A DNA stretch of 51,452 nucleotides from an uncultured Rhodobacteraceae bacterium (GTDB lineage Bacteria; Pseudomonadota; Alphaproteobacteria; Rhizobiales; Amorphaceae), in the NCBI GenBank assembly GCA_937884725.1, contig CAKZYH010000535.1:1-51452 (forward strand), in the 5' to 3' direction. Positions within the stretch are counted from its first letter, which is position 1. Every line of letters starts with the position of its first letter. The notes beneath the pieces are model-generated. The model was given only the letters and a program-made list of their open reading frames with translations, made no database searches and was not told the DNA's origin. This document shows positions 26,021-36,578 of the stretch, piece by piece. The position numbers were made by a program, and so were the translations under genes.

Positions 26021-27775
26021 ATGTCTTACCTGGAGCTGACAAACGTCTCGAAACACTATGGTGAGGGGTCAGATCGGGCCGATGTGCTCGACAACATCAC
26101 CCTCAGCGTCGAAGAGGGCGAATTTGTTGCCATTGTGGGCTTCTCTGGCTCCGGCAAGACGACGCTGATTTCCGCCATCGCCGGCCTGATTGAACCGGAC
26201 GCTGGGTCCATCACCCTGCGCGGCGAGCCGGTGAAGGGGCCGGGGCCTGATCGCGGCGTGGTGTTCCAGTCCTACTCGCTGATGCCGTGGCTGTCGGTGA
26301 AGCAGAATGTTGGCCTGTCGGTGGACCAGGTGTTTCCTGGCGAAAGCGCCAAAGCGCGCCGCAAGCGGGTGAGCGATGCGGTGGAGATGGTGGGGCTTGG
26401 GCATGCCCGAGATCGAAAGCCCGCTGAACTTTCCGGGGGGATGCGGCAGCGGGTGGCGGTGGCGCGCGCGCTGGCGATGAGCCCGGAAATGCTGCTGCTC
26501 GATGAGCCATTGTCGGCGCTTGATGCACTGACCCGGGCTAAGCTTCAGGACGAAATCGAGGCGATTTGGGAGGCGGACCGCAAGACCGTTATTCTGATCA
26601 CCAACGATGTCGATGAAGCAATTTTGCTTGCTGACCGGATTATTCCGCTAACGCCTGCGCCGTCGGCGACGTTGGGACCGGAGTTTAAGGTCGACATTCC
26701 GCGGCCGCGCGATCGCTCGGCGATGAACTCCGACCCTGCCTTTACGAAGCTGCGCGGGGAGATCACCGAATACCTGATGAAGGTGGGGCTAGAGCGGGGG
26801 AGTGCTGACGATGGCGCCCTGACCCATCCGAATGTGACGCCGATCCATCAGTTGCCGGATGCTTATAAGAAAGCGGCGAAGAGCATCACGGACACGCGTT
26901 ACTTGGAGTTCTCGCAGGTCAAGAAGGTTTACCCGACACCGACGGGGCCGCTGACAGTGGTCGATGGTTTCGACCTGAAGATGGACAAAGGCGAGTTCAT
27001 TACGCTGATCGGCCATTCGGGCTGCGGCAAGTCGACTGTGCTGTCGATGACGGCGGGGCTCAATGAGATTTCCGGCGGCGGCGTTGTGCTCGACAACAAG
27101 GAAGTGGACGGCGCCGGACCGGAACGCGCCGTGGTGTTTCAAGCTCCATCGCTGATGCCGTGGATGAGCGCCTACGACAACGTGGCGCTGGGCGTCGACG
27201 AGGTGTATCCGCGGGCATCGCGCAAGGAAAAGCGCGAGATCGTTGAGTACTATCTCAGTCGTGTCGGGCTTGCTGACAGTGCTAAGCGGCGTGCGAGTGA
27301 CCTGTCCAACGGTATGAAGCAGCGGGTTGGGATTGCGCGGGCGTTTGCGTTGTCGCCGAAGCTTCTTCTGCTTGATGAGCCGTTTGGCATGCTGGATTCG
27401 CTGACCCGGTGGGAGCTGCAAGAGGTGCTAATGGATGTGTGGAAGCGCACGCGGGTGACCGCGATTTGCGTCACCCACGACGTCGACGAGGCGATTTTGC
27501 TGGCCGATAAGGTGGTCATGATGACCAACGGGCCGAACGCTAAAATCGGTCACATCATGAAGGTCGATCTGCCACGCCCGCGGTCGCGACAGGCGCTGCT
27601 CGCGCACCCTGATTACTATCGTTATCGGCAAACGTTGCTTGATTTCCTCGAGGCCTATGAGGGCGGGGCGACGCCACAGCCGGCGCGGCTTGAGCAACTG
27701 CATGCAACAGCAGCGTCCATCGGCCAAACCAAAGAAACCGCTGCGAAGGAAGATGCGCCGCAGGTGGCAGCATGA
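26021..27775 (+). CDS. nrtC: Nitrate ABC transporter ATP-binding protein with two fused NBDs (NrtC/NrtD-like)
   Basis: Two Walker A motifs ([16 protein letters not shown]) and two LLLDEP Walker B motifs. Confidence 0.88.
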   Translation: MSYLELTNVSKHYGEGSDRADVLDNITLSVEEGEFVAIVGFSGSGKTTLISAIAGLIEPDAGSITLRGEPVKGPGPDRGVVFQSYSLMPWLSVKQNVGLSVDQVFPGESAKARRKRVSDAVEMVGLGHARDRKPAELSGGMRQRVAVARALAMSPEMLLLDEPLSALDALTRAKLQDEIEAIWEADRKTVILITNDVDEAILLADRIIPLTPAPSATLGPEFKVDIPRPRDRSAMNSDPAFTKLRGEITEYLMKVGLERGSADDGALTHPNVTPIHQLPDAYKKAAKSITDTRYLEFSQVKKVYPTPTGPLTVVDGFDLKMDKGEFITLIGHSGCGKSTVLSMTAGLNEISGGGVVLDNKEVDGAGPERAVVFQAPSLMPWMSAYDNVALGVDEVYPRASRKEKREIVEYYLSRVGLADSAKRRASDLSNGMKQRVGIARAFALSPKLLLLDEPFGMLDSLTRWELQEVLMDVWKRTRVTAICVTHDVDEAILLADKVVMMTNGPNAKIGHIMKVDLPRPRSRQALLAHPDYYRYRQTLLDFLEAYEGGATPQPARLEQLHATAASIGQTKETAAKEDAPQVAA

Positions 27776-28731
27776 GGGCGGTGGTAGAGACAGTCGCCGA
27801 CGATGCGCTGCCGATGTACAAAACGCCGTTCATTCGAGTGACGGAGATTTGGGTGCCCAATGAGGAGGGCACGCATTTGGTGCTCGCGGATGGCTTGTTC
27901 TCCGGGCTTGACGAGTTTGAGCGCGTCGCGCGGGAGACGCGCTTTGCCCCCGATGAAGGTCTGCCGGGCAAAGCGTGGGCGGCGCAGCGGCCGATCGTGT
28001 TGAAAGATCTCGTGAACTCGTACTTTAGGCGCGGCGCAGCTGCGGCTGCGGCTGGGCTGACGTGCGCCGTTGCGATCCCGGTATTTGGTGACACACTGAA
28101 GGGCGTTTTGGTGCTCTTTTGCGGCGACGATCCGGACCACGTGGGGGCCATCGAGCTGTGGCATGCCTCGCAGGGGTCTTACGAAATGTCGTTCGTCGAC
28201 GGCTATTTCGGCACGGCCGACTCGCTGGAGTGGGCGGCCAAACACATGCTCTTCATGAAGGGCACTGGCCTGCCGGGGGAGACATGGCAGCGGGGGCAAC
28301 CGGTGGTGTTTGCCGGACTTCGCGGCACTCGGTTCTTAAGGTTTGAGAAGGCCGAGGAGGTCGGGATCACCCGGACGATTGGCATTCCGGTCCACACGCC
28401 TGCGCCCGGCGACTTTGTGCTGACGCTTTTGTCGGCGCAGTCGACACCCATTGCGCGGCGGGTCGAGATTTGGATGCCGGACGGTGCCGGCGGGCTGACG
28501 CTGACCGATGGCTTTTGCGAGAGGGCGGGGTCGCTTGCCGGGGCTTCGCGCCGTGTCGCGCTGGGCGAAGGCACGATCGGGACGGCGGCGGCGACCGGCG
28601 TGCCGGCGGTCAGCGGCGACTTGGAACGCGACGATCCTTCGCAGGCGGCGCCGAGTGGGCTTGAGACGCTGGTGGCACTCCCGGTTCACACCGATGGATT
28701 TGGGGTCACACTGGCGGTCTGGTACCTTTGA
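27772..28731 (+). CDS. Tandem GAF-domain protein
   Basis: Repeated GAF-like cores ([34 protein letters not shown]), each preceded by an EI/LW motif; no output domain seen. Confidence 0.75.
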   Translation: MRAVVETVADDALPMYKTPFIRVTEIWVPNEEGTHLVLADGLFSGLDEFERVARETRFAPDEGLPGKAWAAQRPIVLKDLVNSYFRRGAAAAAAGLTCAVAIPVFGDTLKGVLVLFCGDDPDHVGAIELWHASQGSYEMSFVDGYFGTADSLEWAAKHMLFMKGTGLPGETWQRGQPVVFAGLRGTRFLRFEKAEEVGITRTIGIPVHTPAPGDFVLTLLSAQSTPIARRVEIWMPDGAGGLTLTDGFCERAGSLAGASRRVALGEGTIGTAAATGVPAVSGDLERDDPSQAAPSGLETLVALPVHTDGFGVTLAVWYL

Positions 28732-28769
28732 CCGCTCCTCCGTCGTTGTCGTGATGTTTGGAGGCTCCA

Positions 28770-30092
28770 TTGAGTAAGTGCCAAAGATTAGTGGTCATCG
28801 GGAACGGAATGGCACCCGGCCGTGCGCTTGAGCGCTTATTCGACGTCGCACCTCACGATTATAATATTACAGTTTTTAATGCAGAGCCTCGGGTCAACTA
28901 TGATCGCATTATGCTTTCAGCGGTTTTGGCTGGCGAGAAGAGTTTTGATGACATCATCATCCATGACCAAGATTGGTATCGCGCTCGCGGAGTAATGTTG
29001 TATCAGGGCAAGCCGGTGGCGCGCATCGACCGCGAGGCGCGGATGGTCATTGCGGCTGATGGGACGAGCGCGCGGTACGACAAGCTGATCATCGCGACGG
29101 GCTCGACGCCGTTCATCATTCCAGTGCCCGGGCACGATCTGCCGGGCGTGATCACCTACCGCGATCTTGATGATGTGGAGCGGATGGTTGCCGCCGCGTC
29201 GGGCGATGGGCGTCGGGCTGTGGTGATCGGAGGCGGCTTGTTGGGTCTGGAGGCGGCCGCGGGTCTCGCAATGCGGGGGATGGCGGTGAGTGTCGTCCAT
29301 CTCATGGACACGCTGATGGAGCGGCAGCTCGATCCGGCAGCGGGCGAGCTTTTGAAGAACGAGTTCGTTCGGCGCGGGATCAGGGTGCTGACGGGCGCCA
29401 ACACTGCCGAGATTTATGGCGATGGCCGGGTGGCGGGTGTGGCGCTGACCGATGGCCGGCGGATCGATGCAGAGCTTGTGGTGATGGCGGTGGGAATCCG
29501 CCCGTCTGTGGCGTTGGCGCAGGACGCGGGGCTTGAGGTTGGCCGTGGGGTTGTCGTTGGCGATACGATGGAAACGTCGGATCCAACGATTTTCGCGGTT
29601 GGCGAGTGCGTTGAGCATCGCGGCGTTTGCTACGGGTTGGTGGCGCCACTCTACGAGATGGCTGAGGTGCTGGCCGATCAGCTGGCCGGTGGCAGGCGCG
29701 AGTTCACCGGTGCGGTGACATCGACCAAGCTGAAAGTGACCGGGATCGACTTGTTTTCAGCGGGCGATTTTGCGGCTGGGGTGGATCGGGAAGACATCGT
29801 TCTGAGCGATGTTAGCGCCGGCGTTTACAAGCGCTTGGTGCTGAAGGATGGACGCATTCATGGCGTTGTTCTTTATGGCGATACTGCCGATGGCGCTTGG
29901 TATTTCAAGATGATGCGCGAAGGGACTGCGGTCGACGAGCATCGTGACATGCTGGTGTTCGGGCCTCAGTTCGCGGAGGCGATACCATTGGACCCTACGG
30001 TGGCCGCTGTGGCCTCGCTGGTTAAGCCGGCGGGCCGCAGCGGCCAACCCGGTAACGACAACACGCCCATCGCGCGTGTGGGTGCTGCCTGA
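28770..30092 (+). CDS. NirB-derived NAD(P)H/FAD oxidoreductase lacking the BFD and siroheme domains (diaphorase-like)
   Basis: LVVIGNGMA, NYDRIMLS, IATGS, VIGGGLLGLEAA, GECVEHRG, TKLKVTG; only about 440 aa; TTG start after GGAGG. Confidence 0.82.
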   Translation: MSKCQRLVVIGNGMAPGRALERLFDVAPHDYNITVFNAEPRVNYDRIMLSAVLAGEKSFDDIIIHDQDWYRARGVMLYQGKPVARIDREARMVIAADGTSARYDKLIIATGSTPFIIPVPGHDLPGVITYRDLDDVERMVAAASGDGRRAVVIGGGLLGLEAAAGLAMRGMAVSVVHLMDTLMERQLDPAAGELLKNEFVRRGIRVLTGANTAEIYGDGRVAGVALTDGRRIDAELVVMAVGIRPSVALAQDAGLEVGRGVVVGDTMETSDPTIFAVGECVEHRGVCYGLVAPLYEMAEVLADQLAGGRREFTGAVTSTKLKVTGIDLFSAGDFAAGVDREDIVLSDVSAGVYKRLVLKDGRIHGVVLYGDTADGAWYFKMMREGTAVDEHRDMLVFGPQFAEAIPLDPTVAAVASLVKPAGRSGQPGNDNTPIARVGAA

Positions 30093-32755
30093 TGGACGTT
30101 GGTGCGCGCCCGTCCGTCGCAACGACTTGCCCTTACTGCGGGGTCGGATGCGGGGTGCTTGCGCGCGCTGAGCCGGATGGGACTGCCTCCATAGTGGGGG
30201 ACAAAAGCCATCCGGCGAACCTTGGCCGGCTCTGCTCTAAGGGGAGCAGCCTTGGCGAGACGGTGTCGCTGGACGAGCGGCTGCTTTACCCGGTGGTGGA
30301 TGGGCAACGTGCGTCTTGGGACAGCGCGATTGAGCGCGTTGCGGGTGCGTTTGGCGAGGCGATTGCGACGCACGGCCCGGGTTCGGTGGCGTTTTACGTC
30401 TCCGGTCAGCTTCTGACCGAAGACTATTACATCGCCAATAAGCTGATGAAGGGGTACATCGGCACCGCCAACATCGACACCAACTCGCGGCTGTGCATGG
30501 CGTCCTCGGTGGCTGGCCATAAACGCGCCTTTGGGGCCGATACTGTTCCCGGGACGTATGAGGATTTGGAAGCTGCGGATCTGCTGGTCCTGGTAGGATC
30601 CAATCTTGCCTGGTGCCATCCGGTGCTGTTCCAGAGGGTGATGGCGGCGAAGGCCGAGCGGCCCGATATGCGCATCGTTGTGATCGATCCGCGGCGGACG
30701 GCAACATCGGTCGCCGCGGACCTGCATTTGGCGATCGCGCCGGAGACGGATGTGCCGCTGTTTGCCGGGCTGCTGCGGCACGTGGCGCAGTGTGGGCGGC
30801 TCGATGAGTTTTACCTTGACCGATACACCAGTGGGGCGGACGAGGCGGTTGCCGCGGCGCAGGAGTGGACCATCGGGGGGGTGGCGTCTGCGACGGGGCT
30901 CGCGCCAGTCGAGGTGGCTGCCTTTTACGATTGGGTGGCCGGTACTGAGCGGACTGTGACGGTGTATAGCCAGGGCGTGAACCAGTCCGGGCATGGCACC
31001 GATAAGGTGAATGCGATCATCAACGTGCACCTCGCAACGGGACGCATTGGGCGGCCTGGGATGGGGCCGTTTTCGGTAACAGGACAGCCCAACGCGATGG
31101 GGGGACGGGAGGTCGGCGGGCTAGCCAACATGCTGGCCTGTCACATGGAGCTTGCCAATCCGGCGCACCGTGAGCTTGTGCAGCGCCACTGGGCGTCGCC
31201 GGTGATTGCCGACACGCCGGGGCTGAAGGCGGTCGATATGTTTGAGGCCATCCACGAAGGGCGCATCAAAGCGCTTTGGGTGATGGCGACGAACCCCTCG
31301 GTCTCGCTGCCCGATGCGGGGCGGGTGGATGAGGCGCTCGCGAAAGTGCCGTTTCTTGTGGTGTCGGACGTCATCACCGAGACCGATACGTTGCGTCACG
31401 CTGAAGTTGCGCTGCCTGCGGCGGCTTGGGGGGAGAAGGACGGGACGGTCACCAACTCCGAACGGCGGATTTCGCGGCAGCGCCAGTTTTTGCCGCTTCC
31501 GGGTGAGGTGCGCGCGGATTGGGCGATCATGTGCGACGTCGCCAAGTGCATGGGGTTTGATGGCTTCGACTATGACGGGCCGCATGAGATTTTTGATGAG
31601 TATGCCGCGCTTTCTGCGTTGGAGAATGATGGGTCGCGCGACTTTGATATTGGCGGGCTGACGGGGCTTTCGGCGGCGCAGTATGACATGCTGCGGCCGA
31701 CCATGTGGCCTTTGCCTCGGGATGGGCGGCCGGCGACGCGGTTTTTTGCAAACGGCGGGTTTTATACACCTGATGGCCGGGGGCGATTGCTGGTCACAGA
31801 GTTTGTTGCGCCTGAAAAGCGTGCGGCGCGTTATCCGTTCACGCTGAACACGGGGCGGGTGCGCGACCAGTGGCACACCATGACTCGCACTGGGCGGGCT
31901 GCGACTTTGTCGGCGCACATCGCTGAGCCATACGCGGAGATGCATCCGGACGATGCTGCCGAGCTAGGCGTGGAGGCGGCTGAACTGGTGACGATTGAGA
32001 GCCCGCGGGGGGCGATAATTGTCCGTGCGCTTGTGACGGACCGGCAGCAGTGCGGCAGCGTGTTTGTGCCGTTTCACTGGAACGATGCGACGTCCCGGGG
32101 GGCGCGGGTCGATACGTTGGTGGCGCCGGTGACGGACCCTGTGTCGGGGCAACCGGCGTCGAAGTCGTCACGCGTTGCTGTGCGCCCGTTTGATGCCGCG
32201 TTTTATGGGTTTGCGGTGACTCGGGAAAAGCGTGCGCCGGACTGCGAATACTTTGCGCGGGCGACGTTGAGCGCCGGGCATGCGCTTGAGTTTGCCGGGC
32301 GGACGCTGGGTGATCCGCGGGCGTTGGCGGAGGAGCTGATCGGGACGGACGCGCTGGTCTCTGTCGTTGATGAGGCGGCGGGGAGTTTTCGGTTTGCCGC
32401 CTTTGAGGACGGTGTGTTGGTCGGCGCGGTATTCTTTGCGCGGGGGCCTGTTGCGGTGTCTCGCGCTTGGCTGACGGGTGCGCTGGGGCAGGCTTGTGGT
32501 CATGCTGCGGTGCTGGCTGGTCGGCCGCCGCAGGATCAGCCGGACCCTGGGCCGACTGTGTGCGCGTGTTTTAAAGTTGGCGCCAACACCATTCGCGCGG
32601 CCGCTGTGAAGGGGGCGGTGACTGTGGATGCGATTGGCGAGTGCTTGGGGGCCGGGACGAATTGCGGCTCCTGCCGGGCGGAGATTCAGCGGCTCCTCAC
32701 TGTGGCTGAGGTGACGCAAGATCGGGTGAGAGATGACGCTGAAGTCGGTGCGTAG
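30092..32755 (+). CDS. nasA: Assimilatory nitrate reductase catalytic subunit (Mo-bisPGD)
   Basis: CPYCGVGC..LCSKG, NSRLCM, TGQPNAMGGREVG, LNTGRVRDQWH, C-terminal CACF..CGSC BFD-like domain. Confidence 0.93.
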   Translation: MDVGARPSVATTCPYCGVGCGVLARAEPDGTASIVGDKSHPANLGRLCSKGSSLGETVSLDERLLYPVVDGQRASWDSAIERVAGAFGEAIATHGPGSVAFYVSGQLLTEDYYIANKLMKGYIGTANIDTNSRLCMASSVAGHKRAFGADTVPGTYEDLEAADLLVLVGSNLAWCHPVLFQRVMAAKAERPDMRIVVIDPRRTATSVAADLHLAIAPETDVPLFAGLLRHVAQCGRLDEFYLDRYTSGADEAVAAAQEWTIGGVASATGLAPVEVAAFYDWVAGTERTVTVYSQGVNQSGHGTDKVNAIINVHLATGRIGRPGMGPFSVTGQPNAMGGREVGGLANMLACHMELANPAHRELVQRHWASPVIADTPGLKAVDMFEAIHEGRIKALWVMATNPSVSLPDAGRVDEALAKVPFLVVSDVITETDTLRHAEVALPAAAWGEKDGTVTNSERRISRQRQFLPLPGEVRADWAIMCDVAKCMGFDGFDYDGPHEIFDEYAALSALENDGSRDFDIGGLTGLSAAQYDMLRPTMWPLPRDGRPATRFFANGGFYTPDGRGRLLVTEFVAPEKRAARYPFTLNTGRVRDQWHTMTRTGRAATLSAHIAEPYAEMHPDDAAELGVEAAELVTIESPRGAIIVRALVTDRQQCGSVFVPFHWNDATSRGARVDTLVAPVTDPVSGQPASKSSRVAVRPFDAAFYGFAVTREKRAPDCEYFARATLSAGHALEFAGRTLGDPRALAEELIGTDALVSVVDEAAGSFRFAAFEDGVLVGAVFFARGPVAVSRAWLTGALGQACGHAAVLAGRPPQDQPDPGPTVCACFKVGANTIRAAAVKGAVTVDAIGECLGAGTNCGSCRAEIQRLLTVAEVTQDRVRDDAEVGA

Positions 32756-34208
32756 ACCTTCCGAAGCGCCGTCGCGGCGGATGGATCCATTGTCCACGCT
32801 GCCTGTTTTCGTGGCGCTGGAGGGCAAGCGCGCTGTGGTGGCCGGGGGCAGTGAGGCGGCCGCGTGGAAGGCTGAGCTTGTGGCGGCCGCGGGGGCGCAT
32901 GTTGAGGTGTTTGCCGCTGAGCCCGGCGAGGAGATGGTGCGCCTTGAGCGGGATGGGCCGGTGGCTGGCACCGTGCGCATCGTGCGCCGAGAATGGGACG
33001 GGGCGTGTTTGGCCCATGCCGCCATGGCGATTTGCGATGCTGCGAGCGAGGGTGAGGCGCAGGCGTTTAAGTGTGCAGCGCGTGCTGCCGGTGTGCCGGT
33101 GAACGTAGTTGATCGGCCGGCGTTTTGTATGTTTCAGTTTGGATCCATCGTCAATCGCTCGCCACTTGTGGTGGGGATTTCAACGACTGGTGCGGCGCCA
33201 ATCCTTGGTCAGGCCGTTCGGCGCCGGATCGAGACGTTGTTACCGCCTGCGCTCGCGGCGTGGGCTGGGCTTGCGGCGCGTGTGCGGGGGGCGGTGCTTG
33301 CGCGGTTGGATCCCGGGCGACCCCGGCGGGCGTTCTGGGAGCGGTTTGTGGACAACGCGTTTTCTGGGGCGCCGCCCGATGAGGCCGGGGCAGTCAAGTT
33401 GGTTGGGGAAACCGACACCGCGGCTGCTGGCAAGGTGACGTTGGTGGGTGCCGGGCCTGGCGATCCCGGGCTGCTGACGCTAAACGCCATGCGCGCGCTT
33501 CAGGGGTGCGACGTGATCTTGTTCGACGACCTTGTGTCGGACGAAGTGTTGGAGCTGGCGCGGCGGGAGGCGAAGCGGATTTCGGTGGGGAAGCGCGGTG
33601 CGCGTGAATCGTGCCGGCAGGACGATATCACCGCGATGATGATCAAGCTTGCCAAAGCCGGCCGCAGCGTGGTGCGGCTGAAGGCGGGGGATCCCTCGAT
33701 CTTCGGGCGGTCCGGGGAAGAGATTTCCGCGCTGCGGGCGGAGGGGATTGAGATCGACGTTATCGCTGGAGTGACGAGCGCATCGGCGATGGCGGCGCGG
33801 CTTGAGACGTCCCTCACCCACCGCGATCACGCGCAGGTGGTGAGTTTTATGACGGGTCATGCGCGCAATGGCGTGTTTCCGGACGGCATAGATCTTGGCG
33901 CTGCAGTGGGGCCGGGGCGCACGGCGGTGATGTATATGGGCGCGCGAACGGCGCCGCAGTGGGTTGCGCGGGCGATGGACGAGGGGGCGTCGCCGGCGAC
34001 GCCTGCCGTGGCGATGGCCTCTGTCAGTGGCACGAACGAGCGTGTGTGGCGAGGGCCTTTGGCTGCGCTGCCGGACAACGTGGCTGACCTTGGCGGTGGG
34101 CCGATCCTGATCGGGGTTGGCGAGGTGTTTGAGGCGGGTGCGGAGATGGCGGAGCCGCTGCCTCAACCCGTCGCGGTGGAACGGCGTGAGGTGCTAACCG
34201 GCGGTTAG
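32733..34208 (+). CDS. cysG: Siroheme synthase
   Basis: N-terminal dehydrogenase/chelatase (LPVF, VNVVD, GAAP) fused to a methyltransferase (LVGAGPGDP, RLKAGDP, LTHRD). Confidence 0.9.
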   Translation: MTLKSVRRPSEAPSRRMDPLSTLPVFVALEGKRAVVAGGSEAAAWKAELVAAAGAHVEVFAAEPGEEMVRLERDGPVAGTVRIVRREWDGACLAHAAMAICDAASEGEAQAFKCAARAAGVPVNVVDRPAFCMFQFGSIVNRSPLVVGISTTGAAPILGQAVRRRIETLLPPALAAWAGLAARVRGAVLARLDPGRPRRAFWERFVDNAFSGAPPDEAGAVKLVGETDTAAAGKVTLVGAGPGDPGLLTLNAMRALQGCDVILFDDLVSDEVLELARREAKRISVGKRGARESCRQDDITAMMIKLAKAGRSVVRLKAGDPSIFGRSGEEISALRAEGIEIDVIAGVTSASAMAARLETSLTHRDHAQVVSFMTGHARNGVFPDGIDLGAAVGPGRTAVMYMGARTAPQWVARAMDEGASPATPAVAMASVSGTNERVWRGPLAALPDNVADLGGGPILIGVGEVFEAGAEMAEPLPQPVAVERREVLTGG

Positions 34209-35192
34209 GCGCAAGGTTTGTTCGATGGTGCCGAACACGGATTGGCCATTGGCGTCGTTAATCTCCAGGCGGACGGTGTCGCCGTCGGTCATGAACGGGG
34301 TTTTTGGGGCTCCGGTTTCGATCGTTTCGATCATTCTGACTTCGGCGATGCAGGCGTAGCCAGGGCCGCCGCCGGCGATGGGGCGCGCGGGGCGACCGCC
34401 CGGCTTGTTGGATACAGTGCCTGAGCCGATGATGGTGCCTGCGCCGAGCGCGCGGGTTTTGGCGGCGTGCGCGATGAGGCGCGGGAAGTCGAACGTCATG
34501 TCTTGGCCAGCGTTCACGCGGCCGAAGGGGTGGCCGTTGAGATCGACTGTGAGCGTGAGGTGGAGGCGGCCGCCATCCCACGCGTTGCCGAGAGCATCGG
34601 GCGTGACGGCGACGGGCGAGAATGCTGACGCGGGCTTGCCATGGAAGAAGCCGAAGTTTTTGGCGATCTCGCCGGGGATGAGGGCGCGAAGGCTCACATC
34701 GTTGACGAGCAAGATGAGGCGGATGGCAGCGCGGGCGGTGGCTTCGTCGGCGCCCATCGGGACGTCACCGGTGATGACAGCGATTTCGCCTTCGAAGTCG
34801 ACGCCCCAGTCGGCGGCGGCCGGCGGGAAATGGATGGGGTCGCGCGGGCCGAGGAAACCGTCCGAGCCGCCTTGGTACATCAGCGGGTCGGTCCAGAAGG
34901 AGGCCGGGAGTTCGGCGCCGCGGGCGCGGCGGACCAGCTCGACGTGGTTCACATAGGCCGAGCCGTCGGCCCATTGGTAGGCGCGCGGGAGTGGGGAGGC
35001 GCAGCTGGTCTCATCGAACGGCTCTCCTTCGGCATCGACTTTGTCGGCCAATCTGCGCAGGAGGGGTTCGCTGGCGGGCCAATCGTCGAGCGCCATTTGG
35101 AGCGTGCCGCCGGCTGGAAGGTGGCGGGTGAGATCGTTGGATACAACGACGAGCTTGCCGTCCCGGCCGGACTTTAGGGAGGCGAGTTTCAC
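34194..35192 (-). CDS. Fumarylacetoacetate hydrolase family protein
   Basis: [46 protein letters not shown]; GTG start overlaps the hmgA stop. Confidence 0.88.
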   Translation of the reverse strand: MKLASLKSGRDGKLVVVSNDLTRHLPAGGTLQMALDDWPASEPLLRRLADKVDAEGEPFDETSCASPLPRAYQWADGSAYVNHVELVRRARGAELPASFWTDPLMYQGGSDGFLGPRDPIHFPPAAADWGVDFEGEIAVITGDVPMGADEATARAAIRLILLVNDVSLRALIPGEIAKNFGFFHGKPASAFSPVAVTPDALGNAWDGGRLHLTLTVDLNGHPFGRVNAGQDMTFDFPRLIAHAAKTRALGAGTIIGSGTVSNKPGGRPARPIAGGGPGYACIAEVRMIETIETGAPKTPFMTDGDTVRLEINDANGQSVFGTIEQTLRLTAG

Positions 35193-36574
35193 GCACCGTC
35201 CTCGGACCAGTTGCCCTCGACGGTGCCGTCGAAGCGCTTCCTGAGGCCGGACCAGCACGCGGCGTAGTCGCGCTGGAGGGGGGCCCCTTGGGCGGCGAAG
35301 GGGGTCACCATTTGGGGGAGCCGCGTTTCGAACATGAAGGCGAGCGTGTCGGACAGCTTGTGCGGGGCGAGATCGACCCGGCTTGCTTTTTCGAAGGCGT
35401 CGGTGTCGGGGCCGTGGGGCAGCATTTGGTTGTGCAGGCTGACGGCGCCGGGCGAAAAACCCTCTTCTTTCGCGTCGTAGCGGCCGAGCACGTTGCCCAT
35501 GAATTCGGACATGATGTTGCGGTGGTACCAGGGCGGGCGGAAGGAGTGCTCGGCGACGAGCCAGCGCTCTGGGAAGATCACGAAGTCGATGTTGGCGGTG
35601 CCTTCTTCGCCGGTGGGTGAGGTGAGGACGGTGAAGATGGAGGGGTCGGGGTGGTCGAACAGGATCGCGCCGACGGGAGAGAAGGTGCGCAAGTCGTACT
35701 GGTAAGGCGCGTAGTTGCCGTGCCAGGCGACCACGTCGAGCGGGGAGTGGCCGATCTCGCAGGCGTTGAAGCTGCCGCACCATTTGACGATGACCTCGTG
35801 GGGCTCGTCGATGTCTTCATAGGCGGCGATGGGGGTGCGGAAATCGCGCGGGTTGGCGAGGCAGTTGGCGCCGATGGGGCCGCGGTCAGGCAGGGTGAGT
35901 TTTGCGCCGTAATTTTCGCAGACGTAGGCGCGGACGGGGCCAGACTCGGGCGCGTACTTGGCGGCCATGCCGCGCGGGACGATGGCGATTTCGCCGGGGC
36001 CGATGAGCATCACGCCAAGTTCGGTGCGGATTTCGAGCCGGCCCTCCTGCGCGACGATGAGCATTTCGGCGTCGGCGTTGATGAGGACGGTGCGCTCCAT
36101 CGGCTCGGTGATCAGCGCGATGTGGGCGGCCATGCCGGACTGGTCCGCGGCTGAACCGGCGGTCGTGATGGTGCGCATGCCGGTCACGAACGTCAGTGGT
36201 TCCGACGGCAGTGGGAGTGGGTTCCAGCGATATTGGCCGAGCGCGAAGCCTTCCGCCATGGGCTGTGGCGCTGAGAGCCACTGCGGCACACTGATGGCGC
36301 GGAAGGGGGCGGTGTGCCGGACCGAGGGGCGGATCCGGTAGAGCCAAGAGCGCTCGTTGGTGCCGCGGGGCGCGGTGAAGGGCGAGCCAGAGAGCTGTTC
36401 GGCGTAGAGGCCGTAGGGGGCGCGCTGGGGTGAGTTTTGCCCGATGGGGAGCGCGCCGGGCAGCGCTTCGGTCTCAAAGTCGTTCCCAAAGCCCGGCATG
36501 AAGCCGGGCGGGGTGGCGAGGCTATAGCCCGGGTGATTGCCGCCAAAGTTGCCGGGGCGTTCGGGGCGGTTCAT
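35189..36574 (-). CDS. hmgA: Homogentisate 1,2-dioxygenase
   Basis: [51 protein letters not shown]. Confidence 0.95.
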   Translation of the reverse strand: MNRPERPGNFGGNHPGYSLATPPGFMPGFGNDFETEALPGALPIGQNSPQRAPYGLYAEQLSGSPFTAPRGTNERSWLYRIRPSVRHTAPFRAISVPQWLSAPQPMAEGFALGQYRWNPLPLPSEPLTFVTGMRTITTAGSAADQSGMAAHIALITEPMERTVLINADAEMLIVAQEGRLEIRTELGVMLIGPGEIAIVPRGMAAKYAPESGPVRAYVCENYGAKLTLPDRGPIGANCLANPRDFRTPIAAYEDIDEPHEVIVKWCGSFNACEIGHSPLDVVAWHGNYAPYQYDLRTFSPVGAILFDHPDPSIFTVLTSPTGEEGTANIDFVIFPERWLVAEHSFRPPWYHRNIMSEFMGNVLGRYDAKEEGFSPGAVSLHNQMLPHGPDTDAFEKASRVDLAPHKLSDTLAFMFETRLPQMVTPFAAQGAPLQRDYAACWSGLRKRFDGTVEGNWSEDGA

Positions 36575-36578
36575 GGCG

